This document shows positions 1 through 12,076 of a DNA stretch of 64,000 nucleotides, piece by piece. The notes under the pieces are model-generated. The model made no database searches. It was not told where the DNA came from and saw only the letters and a program-made list of their open reading frames with translations. Origin of the DNA: Leucoraja ocellata (Eukaryota); assembly GCA_036785375.1 (NCBI GenBank), contig JAWMAR010000352.1, forward strand, positions 2,294,001 through 2,358,000, read 5' to 3'. The number at the start of each line of letters is the position of its first letter. Positions within the stretch are counted from its first letter, which is position 1. Made by a program: the position numbers and the translations under genes.

Positions 1-660
1 TTCCTGGGAACAATTATCTCCAAGGATCGTGAGTGGGGGGCTGCCATCGACTCCACAGTCAAAAAGGCACCACAGAGGATATAGTTCCTATGGCAGCTGA
101 GGAAGCACAATCTGCCACTGGCAATTCTACACGGCCATGGTAGAGTCTGTTCTCACCTTCTCCATCATGGTCTGGTTTGGCTCAGCCACCAAGCACGACA
201 CCTGGAGGCTGCAGCGAATCGTCCGATCAGCTGAGAAGGTTATTGGCTGCAACCGTCCCTCCATTGATGAACTGTACACTGCAAGGGCCAGGAAGCGAGC
301 GGGCAAGATCACCTCTGACCCCTCTCACGCCGACCACAAACTCTTTGAATCACTTCCCTCTGGAAGGCAACTTCGGACTGTCAAAGCTGCCACAGCGAGA
401 CATAAAAACAGTTTTTATCCACGAGTAGTTGCTCTACTCAACAGCCAAAAACCTGTAGCCTCCCTTTGATTTGGTATTTTGTTGGTTCACATGCTTGATC
501 AATGGTATTTTATCATTAATGTTTTATTATTATTATTATTGTTTAGTGTTTTCTGAGTCATTCGTAACTGCCACTGTATGTCATGTTGTTACTTGTGGAT
601 GGAGCACCAAGGCAATTTCCTTGTAGTATGTGACAAATAAACTTGACTTGACTTGACTTG
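1..660 (+). mobile_element. Rex1/Babar-type LINE 3' fragment
   Basis: ORF 137-469 (ESVLTFSIMVWFG...LPSGRQLR...KNSFYP) resembles the Rex1/Babar C-terminus; ends in AATAAA plus a (CTTGA)n tail at about 635-660. Confidence 0.8.
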
Positions 661-677
661 TACAGGCTGTATATGCA

Positions 678-840
678 NNNNNNNNNNNNNNNNNNNNNNN
701 NNNNNNNNNNNNNNNNNNNNNNNNNNNNNNNNNNNNNNNNNNNNNNNNNNNNNNNNNNNNNNNNNNNNNNNNNNNNNNNNNNNNNNNNNNNNNNNNNNNN
801 NNNNNNNNNNNNNNNNNNNNNNNNNNNNNNNNNNNNNNNN
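678..840. other. assembly gap (N run)
   Basis: 163 consecutive N. Confidence 1.
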
Positions 841-920
841 CTGATAAAAGAATACTTCCTTATTTTACTTCCGTTTCCATATGCTAATCTATCCCTCACA
901 CATTTGTGTTCTCCACACAG

Positions 921-996
921 TGACGGCCGCTGAGGATGAGGATACTGGCTCCCTGAGTGTTTGTCAGTCGATACTCGACCAGCGGACATAACCCAG
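921..996 (+). other. candidate non-coding 5' exon of the Siglec-like gene
   Basis: Pyrimidine-rich acceptor ...ttctccacacAG (919-920) and donor CAG|GTACGT (997) in apparently non-repetitive sequence; the signal-peptide exon has its own acceptor, so an upstream exon is expected. Confidence 0.35.
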
Positions 997-1270
997 GTAC
1001 GTAATTCCGTGTCTGTCGCTCGTTCCCACGTACAACCACCAGTTCAGCTGAGTTGCGACTTTGTGTAGAGTCTGATCACTGAAATACTTTGTGTATTAAG
1101 GTAACCAGATGCTGGTTCACACCATAGACACAAAGCGCTGGAATAACTCAGCGGGACAAGCAGCATCTCTGGAGAATTTCGTTTAGTTTATTGTCACATG
1201 CACCGAGTTACAGCAAAAAGCCTTTGTTCAATGCTAACCGACCAGTGGGAAGACAACACATGTTTACAAT

Positions 1271-1500
1271 CAAAGATAGACACAAAATGCTGGAGTAACT
1301 CAGCGGGACAGGCAGCATCTCTGGATAGAAGAAGGGTCTTGTCCCAAACCCATTCCTTCTATCCAGAGTCTAGAGATATGGAAGGGTAAGGTGTGAAAAC
1401 CCATTCCTTCTCTCCAGAGATGCTGCCTGTCCCATTGAGTTAAGCCAGCATTTTGTGTCTAACTTCAGTTTAAACCAGCACCTGCAGTTCCATCCTACAC
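1271..1500. mobile_element. miniature head-to-head Penelope-like 3'-end insertion
   Basis: Minus-strand PLE 3' end (1271-~1340) and plus-strand PLE 3' end (~1400-1500) flanked by ACACATG(T/A)TTACAAT at 1256-1270 and 1497-1511. Confidence 0.7.
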
Positions 1501-1699
1501 ATGATTACAATTGTTCCATTTACAGTGTACAGATAGGGGAATAGTGTTCAGTGCAAGGTAAAACCAGCAAAGTCTGATCAAGGATAGTCCGAGGGTCATC
1601 AAAAAGGTAGACAGTAGTTCAGCGCTGCTCTCTGGTTGTGGTTGGATGATTCAGTTGCCTGATAACAGCTGGGAAGAAACTGTCCCCAAATCTGAGAAT

Positions 1700-2250
1700 C
1701 AGGGAGAAGGAATGGGTGATTATTTTGGGTCAAGACCGTTCTTGAGACTGAGAGTCAGGGGAGAGTAGGGCAGAGATAAGGAAGTGAAGGTGTGAAAACA
1801 ATACAAAGGGAACGAGGATGGATGAAAATGTAGAATAGATCATTGTTAGCTAGGAGAAGGTGACAACGAAGCAAACAGAAATAAGATTTAATCAAGGGGA
1901 CGTCAGACTGGTTGAAGAATAGGAAAGGGGAGGGATGGAAAAAGAGGGAAAGCAAGGCTACGGAGTTAGAGAAGTAGATAATTCATTGGTATCATTAAAA
2001 AATAAATTGGATAGGCATATGGATGAGAAGGGAATGGAGGGTTATGGTATGAGTGCAGGCAGATGGGACTAAGGGGAAAAGAAGTTGTTCGGCACGGACT
2101 TGTAGGGCCGAGATGGCCTGTTTCCGTGCTGTAATTGTTATATGGTTATAATCGTACCGATGTAAGCTGCCCAAGCGATATATGAGGTGCTGTTCCCCAA
2201 TTTGCCTTGGGCCTGTCTCTAACAGTGAAGGTGGCCCAGGACAGAAAGGT
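1700..2250 (-). mobile_element. Penelope-like 3' fragment (end of GIY-YIG) with a nested CR1 3' end at about 1996-2150
   Basis: EQHLIYRLGSL motif in ORF 1995-2273 resembles the C-terminus of the 52.5-58.4 kb PLE; degenerate hammerhead region at 1713-1750. Confidence 0.65.
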
Positions 2251-2294
2251 ATTTCTGTGTCTCCCTCTCCCATGACTCTCAGTATATATTGTAC

Positions 2295-2850
2295 TCAATA
2301 TTGTGAGCAATTTTGGGCCCCATATCTGAGGAAGGATGTGCTGGCTCTGGAGAGGGTCCAGAGGAGGTTTACATGAATCATCCCAGAAATGAGTGGGTTA
2401 ACATATGATGAGTGTTTTATAGCACTGGGCCTGTACTCGCTGGAGTTTAGAAGAATGAGGGGGGAACCTCTCAACGTACAGAATAATGAAAGGCTTGGAT
2501 AGCGTGAACGTGGAGAGGATGTTTCCACTAGTGGGAGAGTCTAGGACTAGAGATTACAGCCTCAGAATTAAAGGATGTTCTTTTAGGAAGGAGATGAGCA
2601 AGGATATCATCAGTCAGAGGGTGGTGAATCTGTGAAATTATTTGCCACAGTAGACTGTAGAGGGTAAGTCAGTGGATTATTTAAGGCAGAGACGGATAGA
2701 TTCTTGATTTGTACTGGTGTCAGAGGTTATGGGGAGAAGGCAGGAGAATGGGGTTAGGAGATAGAGATAGGTCTGCAATGATTGAATGGTGAAGCAGACT
2801 TGATGGGCTGAATGGCTTAATTCTGCTGCTATCACTTATGACCTTATACA
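2295..2850 (+). mobile_element. CR1 LINE 3' fragment
   Basis: [22 protein letters not shown] motif; CR1-type 3'UTR. Confidence 0.85.
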
Positions 2851-3025
2851 GTACGACCAGCCTGGGTTGTGTGCAAACACTGAATTCTGGTACACATGGC
2901 AATTATACAATCAGACCAATAGATGGGCCGAAAAAAGGGCTGGCATGGACATGGTGGGCCGAAGGACCTGTTGTGATCTTGGATGGAGCTGTTCCCAAAG
3001 CAAGCTGCGATGCATCCTGATACAA

Positions 3026-4160
3026 TCTATCTTCTGTCTACACTATTACTAAAACTCTCATCTTGACCACTTCCCCTCTGTGTTGTTTATAAATTTGCTC
3101 AAAAACGGTTCAGATGTCGCCCGTCCACAAGCTGCCGAGAATAAAGCTGAAGCAGCAGAGTGTGGGCTGTTGACCCCCCTCCCACACCCCACTCCCCCAC
3201 CCCCCCACTCCCACATGCCCCCCACTCCCACACCCCCCTCCCCCACCCCACTCCCCTACACCTCCCCTCACCTGCACCCCCTCCCATACACCCCGCCCCC
3301 TACACATCCCTCCCATACACCCCCTCCCCTACACCCCCCTCCCCTACACCCCCCTCCCGTACACCCCCCTCCTGTACACCCACCTCCCGTACCCCCCCTC
3401 CCATTCACCCCCACTCCCAAACACTCCCCCTCCACTACACCCCCCTCCCGTGCACCATCCCCCTCCCATACAGCCCCCCTCCACAACACCCCCCTCCCCA
3501 ATACCACCACTCCCGTACACACCCATCCCCAACACTCCCCCTCCACTACACCCCCCTCCCGTGCACCATTCCCTTCCCCTAAACCCCCCTCCGATACAAA
3601 CCCCCTCCCCTACAACCCCCCTCCCGACCATCTCCCCTCCCGTACACCCCCCTCCCCTACACTACCCTCCCCAACACCCCCCTCCCCTACACTACCCTCC
3701 CCAACACCCCCCTCCCCTACACCCCCCTCCCCAACACCCCCCCCCCCCTACACCCCCCTCCCCAAAACCGCCCCTCCCCTACACACCCCTCCCCAACAAT
3801 CACCCTCCCCTACACCCCCCTCCCATACATACCCCTCCCCTACACACCCCTCCCCCACAGCCCCCCACAACCACACCCCCCTCCCCCACACACCACTCAC
3901 TCCCGCTCCCCCACAAACCCCCTCCCCCACACCACCCCATTCCCCACACTCCCCATCCCCCACACCCGCCTCCCCCACACCCCCCTCCCCCACCACACCC
4001 CTGCCCCACATCCATGCCCCACACCCACACACCCCCTACCACCCACACCCCTCCCACACACACGCCCTCCCCTAGCCACAAGCCAACCCTTAGCCACACA
4101 ACCCCACAAACCCCCTCCCCACACACCCCATCCCCCACACACACCCCCTTCCCCACATCC
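3026..4160 (+). mobile_element. non-autonomous Helitron-like 5' portion followed by a ~1 kb C-rich low-complexity tract
   Basis: A|TCTATC...ACACTATTACTAAAACTCTCATCTTG start matches the 5' end of the 35621-36034 element; 3170-4160 is CCCCTCCC/ACACCC-rich; no 3' CTAG end seen. Confidence 0.5.
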
Positions 4161-4660
4161 TGACTTTGGGTGCTGCCTGTACGGAGTTTGCCCGTTTACA
4201 GATTGTATTCTGCTGCTGCAAGTAAGAATCTCATTGTACTATCTGGGACATGTGACAATAAAACATTCTTGAATCTGGCCTCTTGACCTGCTTGGGTTTT
4301 TATGGTTTCCTCCCACATTCCAATGACGTGCAGGTTTGTAGGCTAATTGGCTTGGCAACATTGTAAATTGTCCCTCGCGTGTGTAGGATAGTGTTAGTGT
4401 GCGGGGGATCGCTGGTCGGCACAGACTCGATGGGTCGAAGGGCCTGTTTCCACGTTGTGTCTCTAGACTAAACACAGAACTAGTGTGTGAACGGGTGATC
4501 GATGGTCTGCGCGGACACGGTGGGCTGAAGGTCCTGTTTCCGTGTTGTATCTCAAAAAGTAAACATAGAACTAGTGTGTTAACGGGTGATCACTGGTCGG
4601 CATGGACTGGGTGGGCCGTGGGGGCCTGTTTCTGTGCTGTATCTCTAAACTAAACTAAGC
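4160..4660 (+). mobile_element. V-SINE/HE1-type SINE body with tandemly repeated 3' ends
   Basis: Central domain GGTTTCCTCCCACA; three copies of ...GATC..TGGTC...GGCCTGTTTC...TCTCTA(A/G)AC at about 4395-4658. Confidence 0.65.
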
Positions 4661-4911
4661 TCTGAGCAATTTCTTGTGGTCTTGGGCAGAGCTGGTCCCA
4701 AACTAAATTGTAACGCAACCTAACAATGTTCTTTCACAGTTCATGTGGAGAAGTCGGTGTGAGTCACTGGAGAAATGCTGAACTTCCTTCATCTTTTGAG
4801 CACGATAAGACATCAGTTTAAAACCCCTGACACCCGGACGAATTCACAATCTATCTTTCTCTGCCTCAACAATATCCACTGACTGGGCTGCCACAGCCTT
4901 CTGTGGCAAAG

Positions 4912-7900
4912 AATAGTAAGATTAAACGAGTACTTACCAGTATGAAGTTTGATCTGTATTTTATGAGGAGTTACGATGAGGGATTACGTGAAGAAGCCCG
5001 CTCAGTGCGCAGGTGCGGCATACTTCCAAGCAGCGGTGTTTGAATCACAGATAGACACAATATTTGAAGTAAACATAGTAAAGATCAGTGAGACATCAGT
5101 TTATTAGTTTGATCTATATAATGAGGGTGGGAGCGGAGGGCACGTAATCCCTCATCGTAACTCCTCATAAAATACAGATCAAACTTCATACTGGTAAGTA
5201 CTCGTTTAATCTTACTATTTTACTTCGGAGTCACGTGAGTGACTGCGTGAAGATTTCAAAGGTCTGTGATTTCAAACCGTGTAACAGTTTTTATTTTCAC
5301 TCACTGCCGAAGTTCTTGAGGGAGGAAGTGTTATCGTAATCAACCAATGGATCTGCTTTCTCAAGAAACAGAAAAGTATTTGTTAACAATAACAACATAA
5401 ATAGCTCCCCTGAGCTTAAATTAAATATTTGCAGTTTGTAATATTCTGTCTGCAATTAAATCAGGCTTATCAACGGTTTACAATAAAAATGTTCTGAACG
5501 TCGTTTCCCTTGACCATCCTGCCGTATTGAGAATGTGGTTAACCGGGATGTCCATTCGTTCAGCCGCTGATATCAATGCTGCCCTAGTGGAATGGGATTT
5601 AAATGTATTATTATCTATTCCAGCAGCTTTCAGTACCTGTTTGAGCCACCTTGAAGTGGTTTGGCTTGTTACCCCGTCTTGGGGTTTCTTGTGGTTGACC
5701 CATAGGCTTTTCCTCTCCCTCTAAGATTATGGGTTGTGTCTATATATTGTTGTAGATGGGTCACCACACTCAACCTGGACTGTGGTGGGTAGGCCCGGAA
5801 TACCACCAGTGAATAGTAAGATTAAACGAGTACTTACCAGTACGAAGTTTGATCTGTATTTTATGAGGAGTTACGGTGTGGGATTAAGTGAAGACCCCAG
5901 CAGGTACTGCGCATGCGGCATACTTCGAAGCAGCGGTGTGAAATCACAGAATAGACACAATATTTGAAGTAAGATAGTAAAGATCACGAGACATCAGTTT
6001 ACTAGTTCGATCTGTATAATGAGGGTGGGAGCGGCGGGCACTTAATCCCTCACCGTAACTCCTCATAAAATACAGATCAAACTTCGTACTGGTAAGTACT
6101 CGTTTAATCTTACTATTTTACTTCGGAGTCACGTGAGTGATTCCGTGAAGACTTCAAAGGTCTGTGATTTCAAACCGTGTAACAGTTTTTATTTCACTCA
6201 CTGCCGAAGTTTATGAGGGAGGAAGTGTTATCGTAATCAACCAGTGGATCTGCTTTCAAAAGAAACAGAAAGGTATTTGTTAACAATAACAACATAAAAG
6301 AGCTCCTCTGAGCTTAAATTAATATTGCAGTTTGTAATATTCTCCTGCAATTAAATCAGGTTTATCAACGGTTTATAATAAAAAATGTTCTGAACGCGGT
6401 TCCCTTGACCATTCTGCTGTATTGAAAATGTGGTCAACCGGGATGTCCATTCGTTCAGCCGCTGATACCAATGCTGCCCTAGTGGAATGGGATTAAATGT
6501 ATTATTATCTATTCCGGCAGCTTTCAGTACCTGTTTGAGCCACCTTGGAGTGGTTTGGCTCGTACCCCGTCTTGGGTTACTGTGGTTGACCCATAGGCTT
6601 TCCTCTCCCTCTAAGATAGTGGGTTGTGTCTATATATAGTAGTAGATGGGTCACCACACTCAACCTGGACTCTGGTGGGTAGGCCCGGAATCCCACCAGT
6701 GAATCGGGCGTTCCTGGTCCATATAGCCATATAACGACTGTAGCACGGAAAACACAGGCGATCTCGACCCTGCTAGTTCGTGCCGAATCCATATACCTGC
6801 GAGTTAGATATTACCAGACCTAAATATGAACTTAATGCGTCTGGGGTAATCACCATGTATCCAGTCTAGTTTATGGAGTGACCGGACTCTTTGAGCGTGT
6901 ATGAGAGCCATAAGCATGAGCCTTTTTTAAAACATAGATTAAGCAAGCTGAGGGATCTGGCTGGTGCCATTCTCTGAGGTATGTCAATATCACACCAATA
7001 TCCCATACATGGGTATATACCTGGGTGTTTGGGGCTTATATTATAGTTGCCCTTCATAAGTTTACCTTCAGTGGATGGGATCCCATGCTCTGCTGTCATG
7101 CTGTTTTAGATAAGCAGATAAGGCATTCCATGCTGTATTTACGGCACTGTAACTCACCTTTTAGTCATGGTGTAGATGTTCCAGGAACTCCAATACGTCA
7201 GTGGTTGAATAGTTCGTTGTCCCTGCGTCGTGGCAGTATTTTACCCATGTTAGCTTTTAGTGACTGTTCGCAGGGATGCCGACATGGTGGTAATGGTTCC
7301 TTTGGATAATCCCAGTCCCTGGTAAGGTCTATTCAAAACCTGCACCCAGGAGTTTGATGTTTCCCTGGCATGGGTGGCTTATGCCTGATACTGGGTTGAG
7401 TCAGCAACCATGGTCCACTAGGGAAATCCATAGGTGACTCGCCCACCGTGTCGTGATGAACTGGGAACCATGGCAGTGTAGGCCGGTCGGGCACGTTCAA
7501 TATCTCGGAGACAGATCCCATCTGTATTGCGAAGTGCCCGACTGATGAGGCAGAAGGGAGGAAGGCAAAGCAGAAATTCCCCCTTCCAGCGTATAGGGAT
7601 CTATCGCTGCTGCCTCTAATCTGGTTCCTAAGTCACATACATGGGTTACTGGTGATTCCGTCTTGTGCAACCAAATTGATATCTGGCTTTCAAACTGCTT
7701 AATAAATTTAGCAGATATTTTGGGTTATGACTTCTATTCAATGTAATCATAAATTTTACCCCGTGACATGGTGTCTCCCACTGTGTTCTAGCTTCCTAGA
7801 ACATAGGCAGCTGATAGTTAAAATGTCTTTTGACACACCATTGCCAGATTTGTTTGACCAATTTGTTGCACAATAATGATTATTATGCTCCCCATATGGT

Positions 7901-10900
7901 TGATATAAGCCACTACCATAGTATTATCAATCCGTAACCACATATGTACGTGCTGCATTTGAAATGCATATGCTTTTTAGCCCAATAGGCGATCACCAAT
8001 CCCAAGAAGTTGATGCCCGGTATGTGTAGTAACGATGTTTGTGACTTGGTCCATCTGTTACCTGTGCTGGATATGGAGTTTAGTTGCTCCCCAGCCTAAA
8101 GTACTGGCATTGGTTTTTAAAATACCCAAGTTGGGATTGGTGATGATAATAGGGCTGAAAACTATGCCAAATATATGTCTGCCCACCACCTTAATTGTGA
8201 TATAGCTTCAGTGGGTACATTCATGATTTGATTATAGTGACCCAAGTATCTTGGCAAAGTAACAGTCATATGGACGGAATTATTATTGAATCCCAGATAA
8301 TCCTTGGTAGTAACGCTTCAATTCTGGTTTATCTGGGCGTGGGATGAACCTCAGCTTTAGGGAGCTGTTTCGTAGCTAGAACTGCTCCACAGCTAATTCC
8401 TTTGTTTCCCCTAATATGAGGATATCTTCCAATATGTGCCATGATTATGCTTGTTTTCTTGATATTTTCATGGCCATTTATAACAGTTTAGGGCTGAGGT
8501 TTAGACCATATGAAATGCTATATGCTCCCATGGTTGCCCTAACCGGGATATCCATGATCCAGGTAAATATATTTAGGTATCTATAATGATCCTAGTATAT
8601 GGGTATAAGATAGTTAGCATCTTCCATATCAATGCTCCCCATAGGTATCCTTGGGAGATCAGATGTCTGGCCGTGACAAAACCCCGTCTCCATCTTAAAG
8701 TGGATATACTCAACAGATTTATTTAGTGATATTAGATCAATGATGATGCTACATTCACCATCTGTTATAGTTTTGGTGAATATATTCGATACAAATTCCA
8801 ATGGTTCATTTTTACTCCCAAGATCCGTTTGGTAATGAGCCTTTTTAGTTCAGCTTGCCTTCTCACTTCTCTTTTCTTAGAGGGAGAAAATGCCCTTTGG
8901 GCGCATTGCTGAACTGGCGGTAATATGCCCAATTTGAATTCGTTTTTATCCTCTAATACTGTTGAGTATATTTTAGTTATTTGTGACAGCATCCCATGCT
9001 TTATCCACAAGTGTAAATGCCCCCCCCCCATGCAGTTAGTAGAACACCCTTGTTTTAGTGTAAACTGGGAGGAACCAGACTACCTACCTCCATGCTTGTT
9101 GTTTTTCATGAAGGCGTAGTTTGCTGGTATGCTGGTGCTGTCGGTGGGGCGGCGCATCTTCCCACGGCTCCGCTCTGGGCCCCATCTATAAAGAACTATG
9201 GGGGATGTGAAGCGGTCACCAGGCTTTCACCAGTCCTTGTTTGATATCGCTGGTGGATGCCGAGGGGTGCTGCCAGCTGGGTGTTGGATGCGATGTCCTG
9301 CTCGTCCCATAGCCTGCCTTCATGAGGCGCACAGATTGGCTGCCTCTCTTCCCGCAGCAGTGGTTTGCATAGCCCCATATATTCGGGGTTGCGGGCAGGT
9401 CTATATGCACCATTGTTCAGTCGAGTATCCCAAATATGGGAACATCTTATGCGTCAGCACCCTGGTAGTGCAAAGGGATAGTCCTTATCCTGGGAGAATA
9501 TAATCCGTGGAAAAGGCGGCATTGTGGTAACATCTTGACCTGTAGAATTCGCTGCTTGTCTGCGAGTCTACTAGACCCAGCTGCCTGCGGATTTGCCTCT
9601 GGAAAGGCCTGCTCCTGCAGGGCTTTTGTTGGGAAGATGGTCGCGTGGAGGAGCCATGTAGTGGCCCACGACACCCAGTAGCTCTTCCTGATCCTGCTCC
9701 CCTGGCATACTGCTGTTCTCGTCCGCCTGCCCAGCGCTTAAGCCAGCCCAGCCCTGGCCTCCTTAGCTAGCCTCTAAAAAGGGAGCAAAAGGGGTGCGCT
9801 AAATTGGAGGAGGCATAGCTCAAACTCCGCTGTTGCATCAATCCCTCGACAAGGGAGATGGCTAGTGCAATAGCACTGGGGTAGGAGTCAGCTCCCTTGG
9901 CATTCAGCCAGTGCCCCTTTTCTCCTGGAGGTAAATTCCATGACCTCCTCTGGCTTGGGGAGACAGATACTCTTATTCTTGCTGTCTTCAACCTGTGCCA
10001 GTTTTGGAGGAAGTTGGCTCCTGTAGAACCTTTAAATTGGTAAGATTTTCCCCTTACCTGCATGTAGAGGCTGCCTGCCGTATTCCAGGCGGCATTGTGG
10101 CGGTTCCCGGGCGGTGATTCTCCTAGTCAGGAGTCTGCAGGGCTGCCGGTCGGGTTTTTAAAACTTCGCGCTGGTCCGCTGCTGTTTCCAAACAGCTGTT
10201 CAGCGGACCGGTATAGCGCAGCACCCTGCAGCGGTCCGCAGCGTTTGCAGTCCGGGTAGCGCTTTTTCCCCCGTCCACTGTCGGCTCCACGCTGGAGTCG
10301 AAACGGGGCCGCTCACCATGCCTCTCTACTTTGCTCCCCCTGGAGCAAAAACCACAAGGCCCGATGAAGGTAAGTACTTACCTCTCGTCCTTGGATGCGG
10401 GAGCTAGCCCGACTCCCACTGGCCGCGTTCTGCACAGCTGCGTAATGTCGCATGCGCAGTACCTGCTGGGGTCTTCACGGAATCACTCACGTGACTCCGA
10501 AGTAAAATTGGGCGTTCCTGGTCACTTAGGTTTTTACCAGACCTAGAATAATGAGCGTAATGCGGTCTGGGGTGATCACCATGTTATCCAGTCTAGTTTT
10601 ATGGAGTGACTGGACTCTGTGAGCGGATACGAGAGCCATAAGCATGAGCGTTTTTAACATAGATTGTGCAAGACTGAGGGATCTAGCGCCATTCTCTGAG
10701 ATATGTCAATATCACACTGATATCCCATGCATGGGTATACCTGGGTTTTTGGGGCTTGTTATTATAAATGCCCTTCATAAGTTTTATCTTCAGTGGATGG
10801 GATCCTATGCTCTGCTGTCCTGCTGTTTTTAGATAAGCAGACAGGGCGCTTCGTGCTGTATTTACGGCACTGTAACTCACCTTTTCATCATGGTGTAGAT

Positions 10901-11545
10901 GGCCCTGGAACTCCAATACGTCAGTGGTTGAGTAGTTTTGTACGTTGTCCCTGCGTCGTGGCAGTATTTCCCATGTTTGCTCTAGGTGACTGTTCGCAGG
11001 GATGCCGACATGGTGGTAATGGTTCATTTGGATAATCCCAGTCCCCGGTAATGTCTATTCATACCTACAACCCAGGGGTTAGATGTTTTTATGGCATGGG
11101 TGGCTTATGCCTGATACTGGGTGTCAGCAACCATGGTCCACTAGGGAATCCATAGGTGACTCGACCACCATGTCGTGATGAACTGGGAACCATGGCTGTG
11201 TAGGCCGGTCGGGCACCTTCAATATCCCGGAGGCAGATTCCATCTGTATTGCGAAGTGCCCGACTGATGAGGCAGAAGGGAGGGAAGCAAAAGCAGAAAT
11301 TCCCCCTATCCAGCGTGTAGGCATCTACCGCTGCTGCCTCTGATCTGGTTCCTCAGTCACATACATAGGTTACTGGTGATTCCGTCTTGTTGCAACCAAA
11401 TTGATATCTGGCGTTCAAATTGCTTAATACCTTTAGCAGATATTTTGGGTTTGACATCCATTCAATGTTATCGTAAATTTTCCCCCGTGACGTGGTGTCT
11501 CCCACTGTGTTCTAGCTTACCTAGGAGATAGGCAGCCGATAGTTA
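4912..11545 (-). mobile_element. DIRS-like retrotransposon copy A (5'-truncated; split by copy B)
   Basis: Terminal 79 bp (4912-4990) perfectly complementary to the ICR (5141-5219); YR remnant in ORF 10683-11027 (SYSAVNTARSALS...HPL..KLMKGIYN.KP..PRY...WD); methyltransferase-like remnant 11124-11324; interrupted at 5811/10509. Confidence 0.9.
5812..10508 (-). mobile_element. DIRS-like retrotransposon copy B, structurally complete, coding-decayed
   Basis: ~30-bp ITR (5888-5917 vs 10449-10478); ICR 6039-6152 complementary to both termini; RT remnant 8592-8801 (FVSNIF...IIDL.SLNKSVEYIHFKMET); MT remnant 7333-7521; YR remnant 6300-7250; AAT at both junctions. Confidence 0.92.
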
Positions 11546-11940
11546 GCCTTCTGTGGCAAAGAATTCCACAGATTCACCACCCTCTCACTAAAGAAATTCC
11601 TCCTCATCGCCTTCCTAAAGGAATGTCTAATTCATAGGCTTTGACCCCTCCCACTAGTAGAAAAGTCCTTTCCACATCCACTCTATCCAAGCCTTTCACT
11701 ATTCGGTAGGTTTCAATGTGGTCCTCCCTCATTCTTCTAAACTCCAGCTAGTACAGACCCAGTGCTGACAAACGCTCATCATATGTAAACACACTCATTC
11801 CTGAGACCATTCCTGTAAACCACCTCTGGACCCTCTCCATAGCCAGCACATCCTTCATCAGATGCGGGGCTCAAAAGTGTTCACAATATTCCAAATGTGG
11901 CCTCACCAGCTCCTCATAGAGCCTCAGCATTGCATCCATG
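11545..11940 (-). mobile_element. CR1 fragment hosting the DIRS insertion (its other part is about 4850-4914)
   Basis: GCCTTCTGTGGCAAAGAATTCCACAGATTCACC CR1 sequence resumes after the DIRS. Confidence 0.8.
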
Positions 11941-12036
11941 TTGCTTAATGTGTATTGGTTGCTGGAGTTTTACTGCAATAACTTTCTCTTCCAGACCGGG
12001 AGATCGGGTAACTGACGGGATATCTGGGATCGGACA

Positions 12037-12076
12037 ATGATCGGGAGATCGTTCTTCCTCCTCTCCCTTCTCCAAG
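12037..12076 (+). CDS. Siglec-like signal peptide exon ([13 protein letters not shown])
   Basis: Acceptor tttctcttccAG at 11993-11994, ATG at 12037, phase-1 donor CAAG|GTAC. Confidence 0.8.

Noticed and set aside
558-989. ORFs spanning the N run
   Set aside because: Artefacts of the assembly gap
3080-4163. Pro-rich extensin-like ORFs (331 aa, 237 aa) and Gly-rich antisense ORFs
   Set aside because: Several frames are open simply because the C-rich low-complexity DNA lacks stop codons; no gene structure seen
4912-6760. Apparent ~900-bp tandem duplication, LTR pair or assembly error
   Set aside because: Explained by nesting of DIRS copy B in copy A; the copies are diverged and copy A resumes at 10509
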